From NCBI GenBank assembly GCA_000320545.1, contig ADNK01000981.1, positions 62,001 to 126,000 of the forward strand: 64,000 nucleotides of DNA, read 5' to 3'. Shown here one piece after another: positions 53,095-64,000 of this stretch. The DNA is from Bigelowiella natans CCMP2755 (Eukaryota; Protista; Cercozoa). The notes below the pieces were generated by a model. It searched no databases. It was not told where the DNA came from and saw only the letters and a list, made by a program, of their open reading frames with translations. Every line of letters starts with the position of its first letter. The first letter of the stretch is position 1. A program made the position numbers and the translations under genes.

Positions 53095-53317
53095 GAGGGA
53101 GAGAGAGAGAACTTAGTTACCTAGCTTTCTTCTATCTTTCGCTCGTAGACGACGTATTCTAATTTGCCAAGCATTAAATCAAAAGAATGATGAGAAAACA
53201 GGAGAGAGAGAGAGAAAAAAAAATTAGTTACCTAGCTTTTCTATCTTTCACTCGTAGACGTATTCTTTTCGCCAGGCATTAAATCAAAAGAATTATGAGT
53301 AAACAGGAGTAAACAGG
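53095..53317. repeat. About 110-bp imperfect tandem duplication in the 3' region
   Basis: ttagttacctagcttt..ctatctttc.ctcgtagacg..tattct...gcattaaatcaaaagaat.atgag.aaacagg occurs twice, starting ~53113 and ~53224. Confidence 0.9.
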
Positions 53318-53699
53318 CGTCTCTTCGCGACCACTTATTATTACCTTTGCTCTATTTTTATTCCAATATATTCTATCATCATCATATCAAACATCTGCCT
53401 TATCTTTATTATTTGATATGAATTAATAGATTATTGTCTGGATAGTGCTTCTTTATGCACCCTCGTGGTTATTCTCGCTTCGGCGGACGATTGATTTTGA
53501 ATTTGAAGATTAGGAAAGAGGACACTTTCCCAATAAAAGGTTAAAAATACATGCATACAAGTGCAATATTTTATATTTTGCAAAAAATGTGTTTTGTGTT
53601 TGAATGTGTGAGGAAATACTGCATTTGTTATTTAAACTTAACCATCACCTTGTCGTGAAGGAGCTTTTATCATCGTCAACTTCGATCATCTTTCATTAG

Positions 53700-54285
53700 C
53701 ATTGACAACTTGTAGCTGTGGATCGCTACGCTACCACGCACTGCTAGCTAGCTAGATCGACTAGAGCTAGCTAGCTAGCTAGAGCACATGGAACTTTTTA
53801 GCTGCACCAGCCTAGCTAGCTAGCTAGGTGCATCCAAAACGTTGCATGCCAGCATGTCAAGACGATGTCTAGATGTGCTGGTGTGCAAATTGTGCACCAT
53901 GTCAATTGCAGTGCAATTTTCACACTCACACTGCACGCATGTGGCGTGCTAGCGTGCAGTCAATGCGCACATCTACATGGACAATTCTAGAATTGACTCT
54001 GGCCATGTCTAGCGCTAGCTGTGTTGCACACAGATGAGCGCGTTACAGATTACGTTGCATGCACACATGAGACACGCAAAGTAATGTGCACACGTCACGT
54101 GAACTGTCCATTGTCCACAGTGCTAGTCACATACGCAGCTAGACTCATCACACGAAAAGGTGACATGCAACACACACTAGCACATGCTAGCATGGCATCG
54201 CATGAAATCACTTGCCTGCCACCATGCTAGCATGGCTAGACAGATGCACACATTATAGCATGGACAATGTGAGTGCATGCGTGCG
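53700..54285. other. CTAG/CATG/TGCA palindrome-rich island 5 (convergent spacer)
   Basis: (CTAG)3 at 53744-53755, (CTAG)4 at 53767-53782 and (CTAG)4 at 53812-53827, with dense TGCA/CATG/GCTAGC. Lies between the UBZ gene 3' end (+) and the sulfotransferase 3' end (-). Confidence 0.9.
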
Positions 54286-54700
54286 TGTGTGTGTCGATAA
54301 AATCTCAATTTTTGCTTTGTTCAGGGATTGCATCAGACTGCTCAGCACTTATTGACCTACTACTAATAAATTTACTTCAGTTACATGTCTCCCATTCAGT
54401 AATGCTGTTTTTGAAAGTAGACTCTTTCATGAGCACCATTCTCTTCTCTCGCCAGCCAGACACAAGAGTATCGATAGAACCTTATTGTCAACCATCGCCG
54501 TATTTGAAGTACAAGTTGTAATTTAATTCGATTGAATTCGTAGGAATTATAAAATATGATAACAAGAACAAGCGACTTGTTCTTGAAATTATGGGATGTA
54601 GACAACAAAGACTAAACAGTAGAGAAAATGTGTACTGGTCGTCGTTGTCTCGTTGTCACAATGATTGCATATGATCTGTATCGTTCTGCTGTTCTTAGCT

Positions 54701-54993
54701 TTAGTTGTTATTGGCATGAATACAAGTTGTCGTCATCCTTATCATTCCTTTTAGTCCTAATACTATAAAGATCAATGGCTACGAACTAGACGACACTACC
54801 ACGTATGACCTGTGTGCATTTTTTGGAAGCCATCCAATTTGATATCCTTCATTTTAACAGCATCAACTTGGAGGAAGCTTTGAATGTCTTGCATGTACTT
54901 TTTAGGATCATCCATCATGTCCTAAGTTATATATTTGTTGTTGCTCTATCAACATCAAGTGCATCATGATCGTGTTCTACTACTTCTGCAACC

Positions 54994-55034
<41 letters not shown>

Positions 55035-55166
55035 TACATATTCAGATTACTTTTATAATCAATCATCACCACACTTGAATAAGTACCTCATAATCAATTT
55101 GAAGCGATGATTTTACGCGATTACTAAATTTTCGAATTTGCTCTTGGGCCCAGCCAATCCTATAAC

Positions 55167-55198
<32 letters not shown>

Positions 55199-55451
55199 CA
55201 AAATGTGAAGAAAGGATCGATGAAAGAGATAATGTTGCTGGTTATTTACCATTTTATTTTATTTTGTAAGAATTCAACAGGAATATCCACCGCTTGCTCC
55301 TCCGGAAGTGTTTCCTGAGAAAAGGAAATTTAGAAGGGAGAAAATTAGGAAAAAAGAAGGAAAATTTGGAAAGGAGCAGCTACAGTAGTACTAGTGGTTT
55401 GAACCAAGAAAGATTAAGTTATAAACGAGATGATCTTGTAGCATGATGGTA

Positions 55452-55484
<33 letters not shown>

Positions 55485-55729
55485 AACACATGACAAAATC
55501 AATTTACAAACAGAGTCTGCAATAAATTCAAGCATAATGCATCTTCTAATCCTTCCTTCTATCAACGTCACATGAATCGTATGGATCTTACAGTGCTAAG
55601 GACGTGGTTTTGATAAATAAAAGATGGTGGCTTACGTTCTTCTTGATGTTATATTTCTCACGCATTACCCCTTTATCATACATTGAAATTGCTTGTCGAA
55701 GATAATTTTTTCGGTCTGTTATGTACAGC

Positions 55730-55767
<38 letters not shown>

Positions 55768-56229
55768 TATCACCAAGGGTGGAAATATAAAAAAGAATAG
55801 TTAAAATGGTTTGACTCATCGGTCAAAAGGGCTGAAGTTCATTTAGCATGTCTTTCTTACGGAGAAAGATCACTCTGACGTCATTCTTGTTGCAGTACTC
55901 CACAACTTCGTCTACATGTCTGGAGAGCCCATCACTGAAGATCCACTTCAAACCCACTGATTTTACCTAACAGCAGAAAATAATAATAGTTGGTTGTCTC
56001 GTCTTCTTCGCTATCCTTGTTTTCTTCAAGATGATGTTCTTGTTTATGTTGGTGCTGCTCCTTCCCCCCTATCGCTGCTTTGTCTGCCTCTATTACACAT
56101 AACTATGTACCTGTGGGTTGAGTGATTCTGCTAAGCAAACGTTGAGCATTTCCTCCCAATTGTTGCCATAGTCAAAAGGCCCCTTCAACTTCGGACTCAA
56201 CTCATTGAAAAACCTTACATATATGTGTT

Positions 56230-56273
<44 letters not shown>

Positions 56274-56842
56274 ACACCTGTATCAATGAAACCTCTTGTG
56301 CCCTCCTTAAGAATGTGCTTCTACCCAATGTATGCACTACCTTTCAATTTGTGTGGATTTTTTTTTATTATCCGCAACACTGTGCAGGTGTTGGTAGGTG
56401 ACCATCTCCCCGTAGTTCTCAATTTGAGGATGAGATTTCAGCATATCACCTATAATATTTAAGATCATTTCATTTATTCTCTCTTTCCACTTCCTCCCAA
56501 CCAAACCCACTCTCTCTCTCTCTCTCTCTGTCTTGATAGACGAGTGCATACATAGCCATGTTGAGCCAGATCGCCGCACGTTCACAATAATGTATTTGGT
56601 GCCTCCTCCATTTTTGTGTCCACTATAATTTTGTTCCGATATGGCCAACCCTAATGACGCACATTTTCATCTCCGTCATGCAATTTGACAACTGTTTAAA
56701 GAACGAGTAAAATAATAGAGTATTCACTTTTACCACTTGCTCCCAGGCTAGCAGTATCTTCTACCCATGCCCCCATTGAGCAGGATGATGAAAACAGAAA
56801 TATCACAAATATAAAAGAGGCAATCCGAGTTGTAACCATCAT
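54701..56842 (-). CDS. Secretory-pathway sulfotransferase, NodH-like/Stf0 family
   Basis: Signal/anchor MMVTTRIASFIFVIFLFSSSCSMG. 5'-PSB loop YIIVNVRRSGSTW-MLKSHPQIENYGE. VGLKWIFSDGLSRHVDEVVEYCNKNDVRVIFLHRKNYLRQAIS (3'-PB). IDYEDMMDDPKKYMQDIQSFLQV...FQKMHT. The final exon and stop are uncertain. Confidence 0.85.
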
Positions 56843-57421
56843 TGTGCTGTCTAGATCTAGTTAGATTTAACTATTTTTGTAGGGGGGGGGACGGAAGTGC
56901 TCCAAGATTGGAATTGAGCTGTATTTATCTTTGATGGTTATATATTTTGTTGTCGCACATGGATATTCAAAGCGGATTATAGAATAAATCGCATATACTG
57001 CAAGCAAATACTGATGATTTATTCATCGAACTATTACAGGCTAATAATCTCTCGAGACTCTCTGTCTCTCTCTCTCTCTCGTCTCTCTCTCGTCTCTCTG
57101 TCTCTGTCTCTCTCTCTCGTCTCTCTACAGGCCTGTAGATGAAATAATGATCATGCAAATTGACAAAATGATCGCCGGTACGAGTAAGCAACTTCAGCAG
57201 GCTATGACGCATAGAGGGAATGTAGACGGTTTTCCTTGCCGACAGATACTCCCAAGCGAAAAATGCTCGTTAACATAAAATGCTCTACTGTTAGCCTGGA
57301 ACATCGAAGAATTTTGGACCAACATAATATAAGATAAATGACCTGTAATTCATGATGTTTGATGTAAAATACCATGTCATATTGAGAAAATGCACCTCGT
57401 TCACCATTCTCGCTCCGCCTG

Positions 57422-57872
57422 ATGGGGCCGCGCGCCCGGGTTTCGCCCAACGGCGGCGCGCGTCTCTGTCTTCGAGCAACGCTCCTCGTTATCTCCTCGA
57501 TAGTTCTTATCCTTCCAGAATGCATGAGGACCAAGTGGCCAGCAAGGTATAACTCAATATCTGCACTTTTAAGACTAAAGAGTAGGAAATTCTTTGTAAA
57601 GCTTGCGACGATTACAAGCCGTTGGTGTAGTAGCAGCGTCCATTGCTTCTGAGCCTTCAAACACATTTCAAAATTTACGATGTTGATAATCGTCACTACC
57701 TCGCTGATTTAGCTTTTATACTCTCCATGATCTCGTAGGTTTGCCCTTGCTTCGCCTGGATGTGGGAGGGGCGTGGGGCCGTCGAACAGGCATGAAACAC
57801 AGCAGCAGCGTCAGTGGCAAATAGGTAGTTGACGACGCCATTGTCACCACCATCACCACCACCACCACTATT

Positions 57873-57916
<44 letters not shown>

Positions 57917-58785
57917 TCCCATCTCATCCTTCTTCTCCTTCTCATTATTATAATTTGTTACATCGGTCATCAGGAGATCTTCCCCTTCAACTTTCTTCAG
58001 ACGAACGTGCTCGCTTTGGACGCCTATGGAAGCTTGCAGGTGGTAAGGTTACGATGGAAGAGCGATTCGGTGATGTACCTTGGGCTGTAGAACGAAGAAC
58101 AAGACGACAGCAGCAGCAGCAGACACAAGGAGGAGGAGGAGGAGGAGGAGGAGGAGGAGGAGAGGGAGGAGAAGAGTGGGACTTACTACCATGGTCGAGT
58201 GCAGAGAATTTACTGAAAAGACAATGGGACTATCGTATACGGATGTAGCTGCAATTAAGAATGCGTTGGGGGCGGATGGTTATCGGCAATCGATGAGTCG
58301 CAAACTGTTTGCTGTTGTGTTAAGATTAGCTGGTCAAGCTTCGTGTAAAAAACCGATTGCTCTCTCAGAAGAACTTATGATGATGGGAGAAGGACAAGGA
58401 AGACAGAAGTTGCAGCACCACCAGCAGCGGCAGCAGTATGAAATGCATGATCCCCTTTCCTCCTCCTCTCCTTCTCCCTCCTCTTCCAGATGAACCCCTC
58501 TACCCTACGGGCTTCCTCATTTGTTGGAGGGATTGTCCAGGGAATGGGGGTTGGGAATCAACGTCATCATCGGCATTATAATCATCGACATGATCACAAT
58601 CAACAGCAGCAGCAGCAGGATCAGATGCAGTCGCATAATCGTGAGACCTCCTCTCCTCTTCGTAACCCGGATGATGATGGTCAATTGAAATAACAACTAA
58701 CGTCGGGTTTTTTTAAGCAATAACAGCAGCAGCAGTTGTTAGTAGTAGTGAAGGTAGAATGGTGGTAGTGGTGGTGGTGGTAGTT

Positions 58786-58824
<39 letters not shown>

Positions 58825-60467
58825 ATTTGAAGAGGAGAACCATCCACTACCACTACTTCCCTTTACTACTACTGTTTGCTCTCACCTTCAACGTGATAAC
58901 AACAACTATTTATTATTACTGTTTCGTCTCTTCCGTTCATAGATTGCTTTCTGCTTTCTACTAAGTACGATTGTATTGTTGTTTGTGGTGATAGCAGACT
59001 CTCATCATCACCATCATCATCATCATCATCATCATCATCTGGATTCTGCTCACACTACTAGTCCCAGCAGCCGGGTAATGACAACACCATCGTCATCTTA
59101 CAAAGTAGCAGCAGATTTAAATGCTGCCAATTATCATGATCATCATCACCACCATCATCACCAGAACGATGACCTTGGAACAACGAGGACTGCTTCAATG
59201 GCAGCAAATAATCCAAGAGTAGTAGTAGTAGGAGCTACTACTGGCGAAGGTGTCCACCAACAGCATGCACGTAACAACAACAACAACAACAACAACAATC
59301 CTTTCGATTCAAGCGCTATGATGGAACGGCTACAGGTGAATAATGATGACTACGTATTGACAGAGTAGTAGTAGCAGTAGTATAGTCGAGTGGTATCATG
59401 ATGATGATCATTGGGATGATAATGCTGCTATATCAATACAGTTTCAATTATGATCAACGCTGAGTAGATACACTATGTTGTTTTTCTCTGTCAATTATTC
59501 ATCATCACAACAACTCTTATTCCTGATAACTATGTACTACTACTTATGTTGTGTGCTGCAACCACCATTTCCACCACCATCATCACCACTGTGTATTATT
59601 ATTACTATTATTATTATTAAAAGGCGGAGCTAGCAAGTAGTAAAAAGGCCATATCGATACTCTCTCGTGAGCTGTCAGTAGAAAAAGCTAAGGCACACCT
59701 TTCTCAACATCGTGAACAAATGCTCAAAAACCAACTCAAAACGACTATTTTGAGGCGGAAGAGAGACCGCAACAAACTAGTAACCCTCAGTACCCAATTG
59801 AAAAGTGCTGCGGCGAAACTATATGCTAGGGGCGAGCTTGAAGAGGCCGGTGATATGTACACAGCATGGCTGCAAGTTAACGGAATCGAAGAAGTGGAAG
59901 ATAATAATAATAATAATAATAACAATAATGAAGAGGAGGAGGAGGAGGAGGAGGAAGATTCTTCGAGTTGGAAAGAGAAGAGAAAGAACAAACAAGGTGG
60001 AAGAGTAGGAGGCGGAGGGGTAGGAAGAATGAAGGACTTGCAGAATAATCCAGACTGGAAGAAAGGAGGAGGAGGAGGAGGAGGAGGAGGAACTCCGATG
60101 GTGATAGAAGGAAAAGATGAAGAACAGCAGCTCTATGATAAGAATACTAATAGTGGCGCTGCTGGCATGGGAAACAATGGCCAAGGATGTATACAAACCG
60201 ACGATGACAATCATCATCATCATCATCATCATCATCATAACACAACTACTGCTGCAGCTGCTGCTGTCATCTACACAAATAGGGCTGCTACGGCAATGAT
60301 GATGAAGGTACAATGAAAAGAAGACAAGAAGAGAGGATAATGGGTTTCTTGTATTGTGTGTCGTCATGCATATTGAAGTAATGTATATCAGAACCGTGAT
60401 GATGATGATTTTTGCCTTTTGCCGTCATCAAATCACGCGATACGATGTTACTGAGGAAGAGTGGGAG

Positions 60468-60503
<36 letters not shown>

Positions 60504-61162
60504 ACGCGCGCTGAAGCAGCTTGTATGATTATTGCACTAGAGAAAGAGGAGGAGGAGGAGGAGGAGGAGGAGGAGGAGGAGGGTTCTCTTGTTTCTTACT
60601 AAGATTATGTATTAATACTCTCTTTCCTCTCTCTTTCCTCTCTCTTCTCTCTCTCTCTCATCTATCTCTCCCAGAGCTATATGGAGGCTATTAGCGACTG
60701 CAAGAAAGCAATAGCACTGCAACCTTCGCTAGTAAAACCGGTTGTTATAATTATGAAATAGAGGAACAATAATAATGATAATTATAAGAAGAAGGCGGTT
60801 GTTATAACTATGTAATAGAGGAACAATAACAATGATAATAATAAGAAGAATAAGAAGATGAAGAAGAAGAAGAAGAAGAAGAAGAGGGGAACAAACAAGT
60901 GATAAGATGATAGTGATGAAAGAAACCTTGATAGTATTTTGTCTATATGCTGCTACCTAGTTGTTCTACGTAGCAATTTGAGCACATGATGGATTATTGT
61001 ATGTTTGTCATGACGTGACATTCATTATCATCATCATCATCATTCATCTTTGGCAAAAAATAAGCAGCAGTCAGTCGATACACAGATCTCTCATCAAGGA
61101 TTTTATTCTTATTTGATTCTTAATATATTTTGAGCTGCTTTAGCAAGGAGCAACGTGCGGCG

Positions 61163-61199
<37 letters not shown>

Positions 61200-61559
61200 C
61201 TAATTACCCGTGTTTCTCTCTCCCTATTTCTCAATATTTCTCTTTATGATTATCGAGCAGTATCTTCGATTAGGAAGATGCTACCTGATGCTGGGGGAGG
61301 TGATTAGTTGTTCTTTTTCTAGAATGTATGTTGGATGGTGGAACAGATGCAAGCGGCACTGATAGAATGTGATGATGATATTATGATGATGCAGGGAGAG
61401 GAGTCCATAGATGTATTCCGTAAAGGCTTAAGAACGCAATCATCGTTGTGCAGCAGCAGCAGCACACAAGATGATAATAATAAGAAGAATGATGGTATGG
61501 CAGCAGGGGTACGTAATACTGCAATTCAACGTTAACATAATGAGTGTATGTATGTGTAT

Positions 61560-61595
<36 letters not shown>

Positions 61596-61762
61596 CATCA
61601 TGTGGTTGGCATGGAGAACAACGATAAATTGGAATAATAATGTAAACATTCCTCTCATTCTTCTGTTTGTCCCACAACCACAAACCACAACCACCCGCAC
61701 CAGCACTTTGTCTCTATTATCGGTGTTGAAGTATATAAGATATTATATATACCATATTGTAT

Positions 61763-61801
<39 letters not shown>

Positions 61802-62393
61802 TACATATATACACATTATCGTGTTTTCTGATGATGGTGACGACAATTAATGCTACTACTTACTATGCATAGCAGCATTCTTCTTCTTCATCATCATCAT
61901 CATCATCATCATGGGTCCGAGAGGCACAAGAAGGTCTTATCTTGGGGCAGCATCTTCAAAAAGCAGAAATGCAGGCCTTTGAGGCTCGAGCAACAGGAGA
62001 TTATGAACGTGCTCTAAGGTGGGCTGAGGCAGCGCTTTCTGTCGCGGAAACAGGCTGCTTTCTCCGCGAAATCAAGGCTGAAAGTCTGTTGATGATGGGA
62101 AAATGGCCCGAGCTTGTGGCGTTTTTGGAAGAAACAGCCCGTGTTTTTGCGTTTAGCCCCAAGAATGGCCAGCGATTCACACAGCACCCTATTATCGGTG
62201 AAGAAGAGAGGAGAAGTCGATGTAGCAATAATAGCGCCTCCTCATCACCATCATCTTCTTCTTCTTCTTCACACAATATGCGGCTACCTGCAAGTGCTAG
62301 TAGCATTGCACAACGGCTGATGTCTATCTCTTCATCCTTAGCCCTCTGTTTTGCACGGTATGATGATCATGATGATCATGATGTTGCCTCCCA

Positions 62394-62449
<56 letters not shown>

Positions 62450-62616
62450 AAACACTTAGTAGAATTAGCAACAACCCCTCTGTCTGTCTGTATATCTGTC
62501 CTTTTGTACGCTTGTGCTATTATTTTGAGGGGAGGAATAGTAGTAGTAGTAGTAGTAGTAGTAGTAGCGACATTGAGTCGTCTGCAACTGATCATTCATT
62601 CGTTGTCATCATTCTC

Positions 62617-62657
<41 letters not shown>

Positions 62658-62846
62658 GTGGTTGTTGTTATCATTACTACAACATGCATCGTTCTTCGTT
62701 ATCGTTGTTTGTGTGTGTTGTTTGTTGTTATTATTACAACATGCATCTCGTTGGTTCTTCACTATCGTCATTCGTCTCGTCCTCGTTTGTTGGTTCTTAG
62801 AGCTTTGTGGGCAACACCTGGAAGAACTACTGACTCAAGTAGTAGA

Positions 62847-62880
<34 letters not shown>

Positions 62881-63592
62881 TATTGTACGGCGTAGTAGTT
62901 CGTTGTACCACAACAAATAAGTGATATGAATGAAGAAGACGAAGAAGAAGAAGAAGAAGAAGAAGAAGAAGAAACACGAGGTGGTGGTAGTTATTATTAT
63001 CGACTCTACGGCTACTATTACTAATACTACTACTAATACTACTACGAATACTATTACTCCTCAGAGGCTGCTATTCGAGGAGCGCTTCTTCACCTTAAAT
63101 CTCCTTCTCCCACGGTGAGTTATACAAACAAACCGGAGCAGCTGCTGATGTTTCTAGCAGACGATAAAAGGAAGAACAGCAGCAGGAGGCATCAAGTGGC
63201 AAGGAGGAGAAAGTCCCCTCAATTTGCTATTCTTTCCACCATGTTGGAAGTGGGAGGAGGGGCTGAAGAAGGAAATTCGACGAGGACGCGCTATAAGAAG
63301 GATAAAGTCTCAGAAACAGCAGCAGCAGCAGCAGAAGAAGAAGAAGAAGAAGAAGAAGAAGAAAGCAAGCTCGTTATCAGCGATCAGATGATAAAGAAAA
63401 GACTGTGTGAGCTGATGTCGTTGGTTGATATTGTGCAGGTTGTGAATGAATGCTAATATGATGATGCAGAGAGTGTGATATAGTAGGAGGGAGAAAAGAA
63501 GGAGGAAGAGGAGAAGGAGGACTCAACATTTTAAATAACTTTAAAACCGTCATTTCTAGTGCTTTATTAGGAATGTCGAATATGTGTATGTG

Positions 63593-63625
<33 letters not shown>

Positions 63626-63809
63626 CTAGTACAGAAGAAGAATAATTAGTTATATGCTCCTCTTAGAAACTAAAGACAAAAGGAGATGCAGCATTCAGGG
63701 ACGGAAAATTTCATGCAGCACACGGAGTAAGCAATAATAAAATATGATAATTCGCATACAAACGTAGTAGTAGTAGCCCAATTATAAATATGAGGAGTAT
63801 TGTGCATCG

Positions 63810-63861
<52 letters not shown>

Positions 63862-64000
63862 TGTGTAAGTGTATTCTTTGATACAACCTGTTGTGTTTGT
63901 GTGGCCATCAATCAGTTCTATAGTAAAGCACTAGATCGCATTCTAAATGTGAAAAACCGTCACATGCGGGCTGTTTTGCTATGCAATCGTGCTGCATCGT
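57422..64000 (+). CDS. DNAJC7/TTL-like TPR protein with N-terminal hydrophobic leader and EH-domain-like segment; 3' end outside window
   Basis: TPR motifs: LKSAAAKLYARGELEEAGDMY; VIYTNRAATAMMMK-SYMEAISDCKKAIALQPSLVKP-YLRLGRCYLMLGE; GDYERALRWAEAAL...EIKAESLLMMGKW; KLKTKGDAAFRDGKFHAAHG-FYSKAL...AVLLCNRAA (63668-64000). Exon 1 from 57422 is spliced at ~57546 to 57739. No J-domain is visible within the window. Confidence 0.75.
60741..60855 (+). repeat. 57-bp tandem duplication starting at an intron 5' splice site
   Basis: gttgttataattatgaaatagaggaacaataataatgataa at 60741 and gttgttataactatgtaatagaggaacaataacaatgataa at 60798. Confidence 0.85.

Noticed and set aside
57202-57696. 164-aa minus-strand ORF in the sulfotransferase/TPR spacer
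   Set aside because: It overlaps the plus-strand leader exon of the TPR gene and has no recognisable domain.
498-63911. Many ORF-track entries made of poly-M/RE/HT/YI/CV
   Set aside because: They are translations of intronic microsatellites, not genes.

Overview
Gene-dense, intron-rich eukaryotic nuclear DNA. It has short GT-AG introns full of (CA)n/(AG)n/(TA)n/(CAT)n/(TAG)n microsatellites, and I saw no prokaryotic features, tRNA, rRNA or CRISPR. Two proteins have signal+transit-like leaders, suggesting a protist with a secondary plastid (chlorarachniophyte-like; inference only). By manual exon joining I find 11 protein-coding genes: an orphan helical protein (+, 5'-truncated), a PKD/REJ-GAIN receptor with a mucin stalk and PDZ-like tail (-), a TORTIFOLIA1/SPIRAL2-like protein (+), MLH1 (-), a small QCR10-like membrane protein (+), a WIP/verprolin-like protein (-), an AIFM2/FSP1-like flavoprotein (+), a FANCB-like protein (-), a UBZ-PBZ-UBZ zinc-finger protein (+), a NodH/Stf0-type sulfotransferase (-) and an EH-like+TPR DNAJC7-like protein (+, 3'-truncated). 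The main unexplained pattern is architectural. The 11 genes alternate strand strictly. Each of the five convergent (tail-to-tail) spacers holds a 0.4-1.3 kb island rich in self-complementary 4-mers, with (CTAG)3-5 runs that I saw nowhere else in the window. This is a candidate undescribed termination/boundary/chromatin element. All gene models and family calls were made by eye from remembered motifs and need confirmation.
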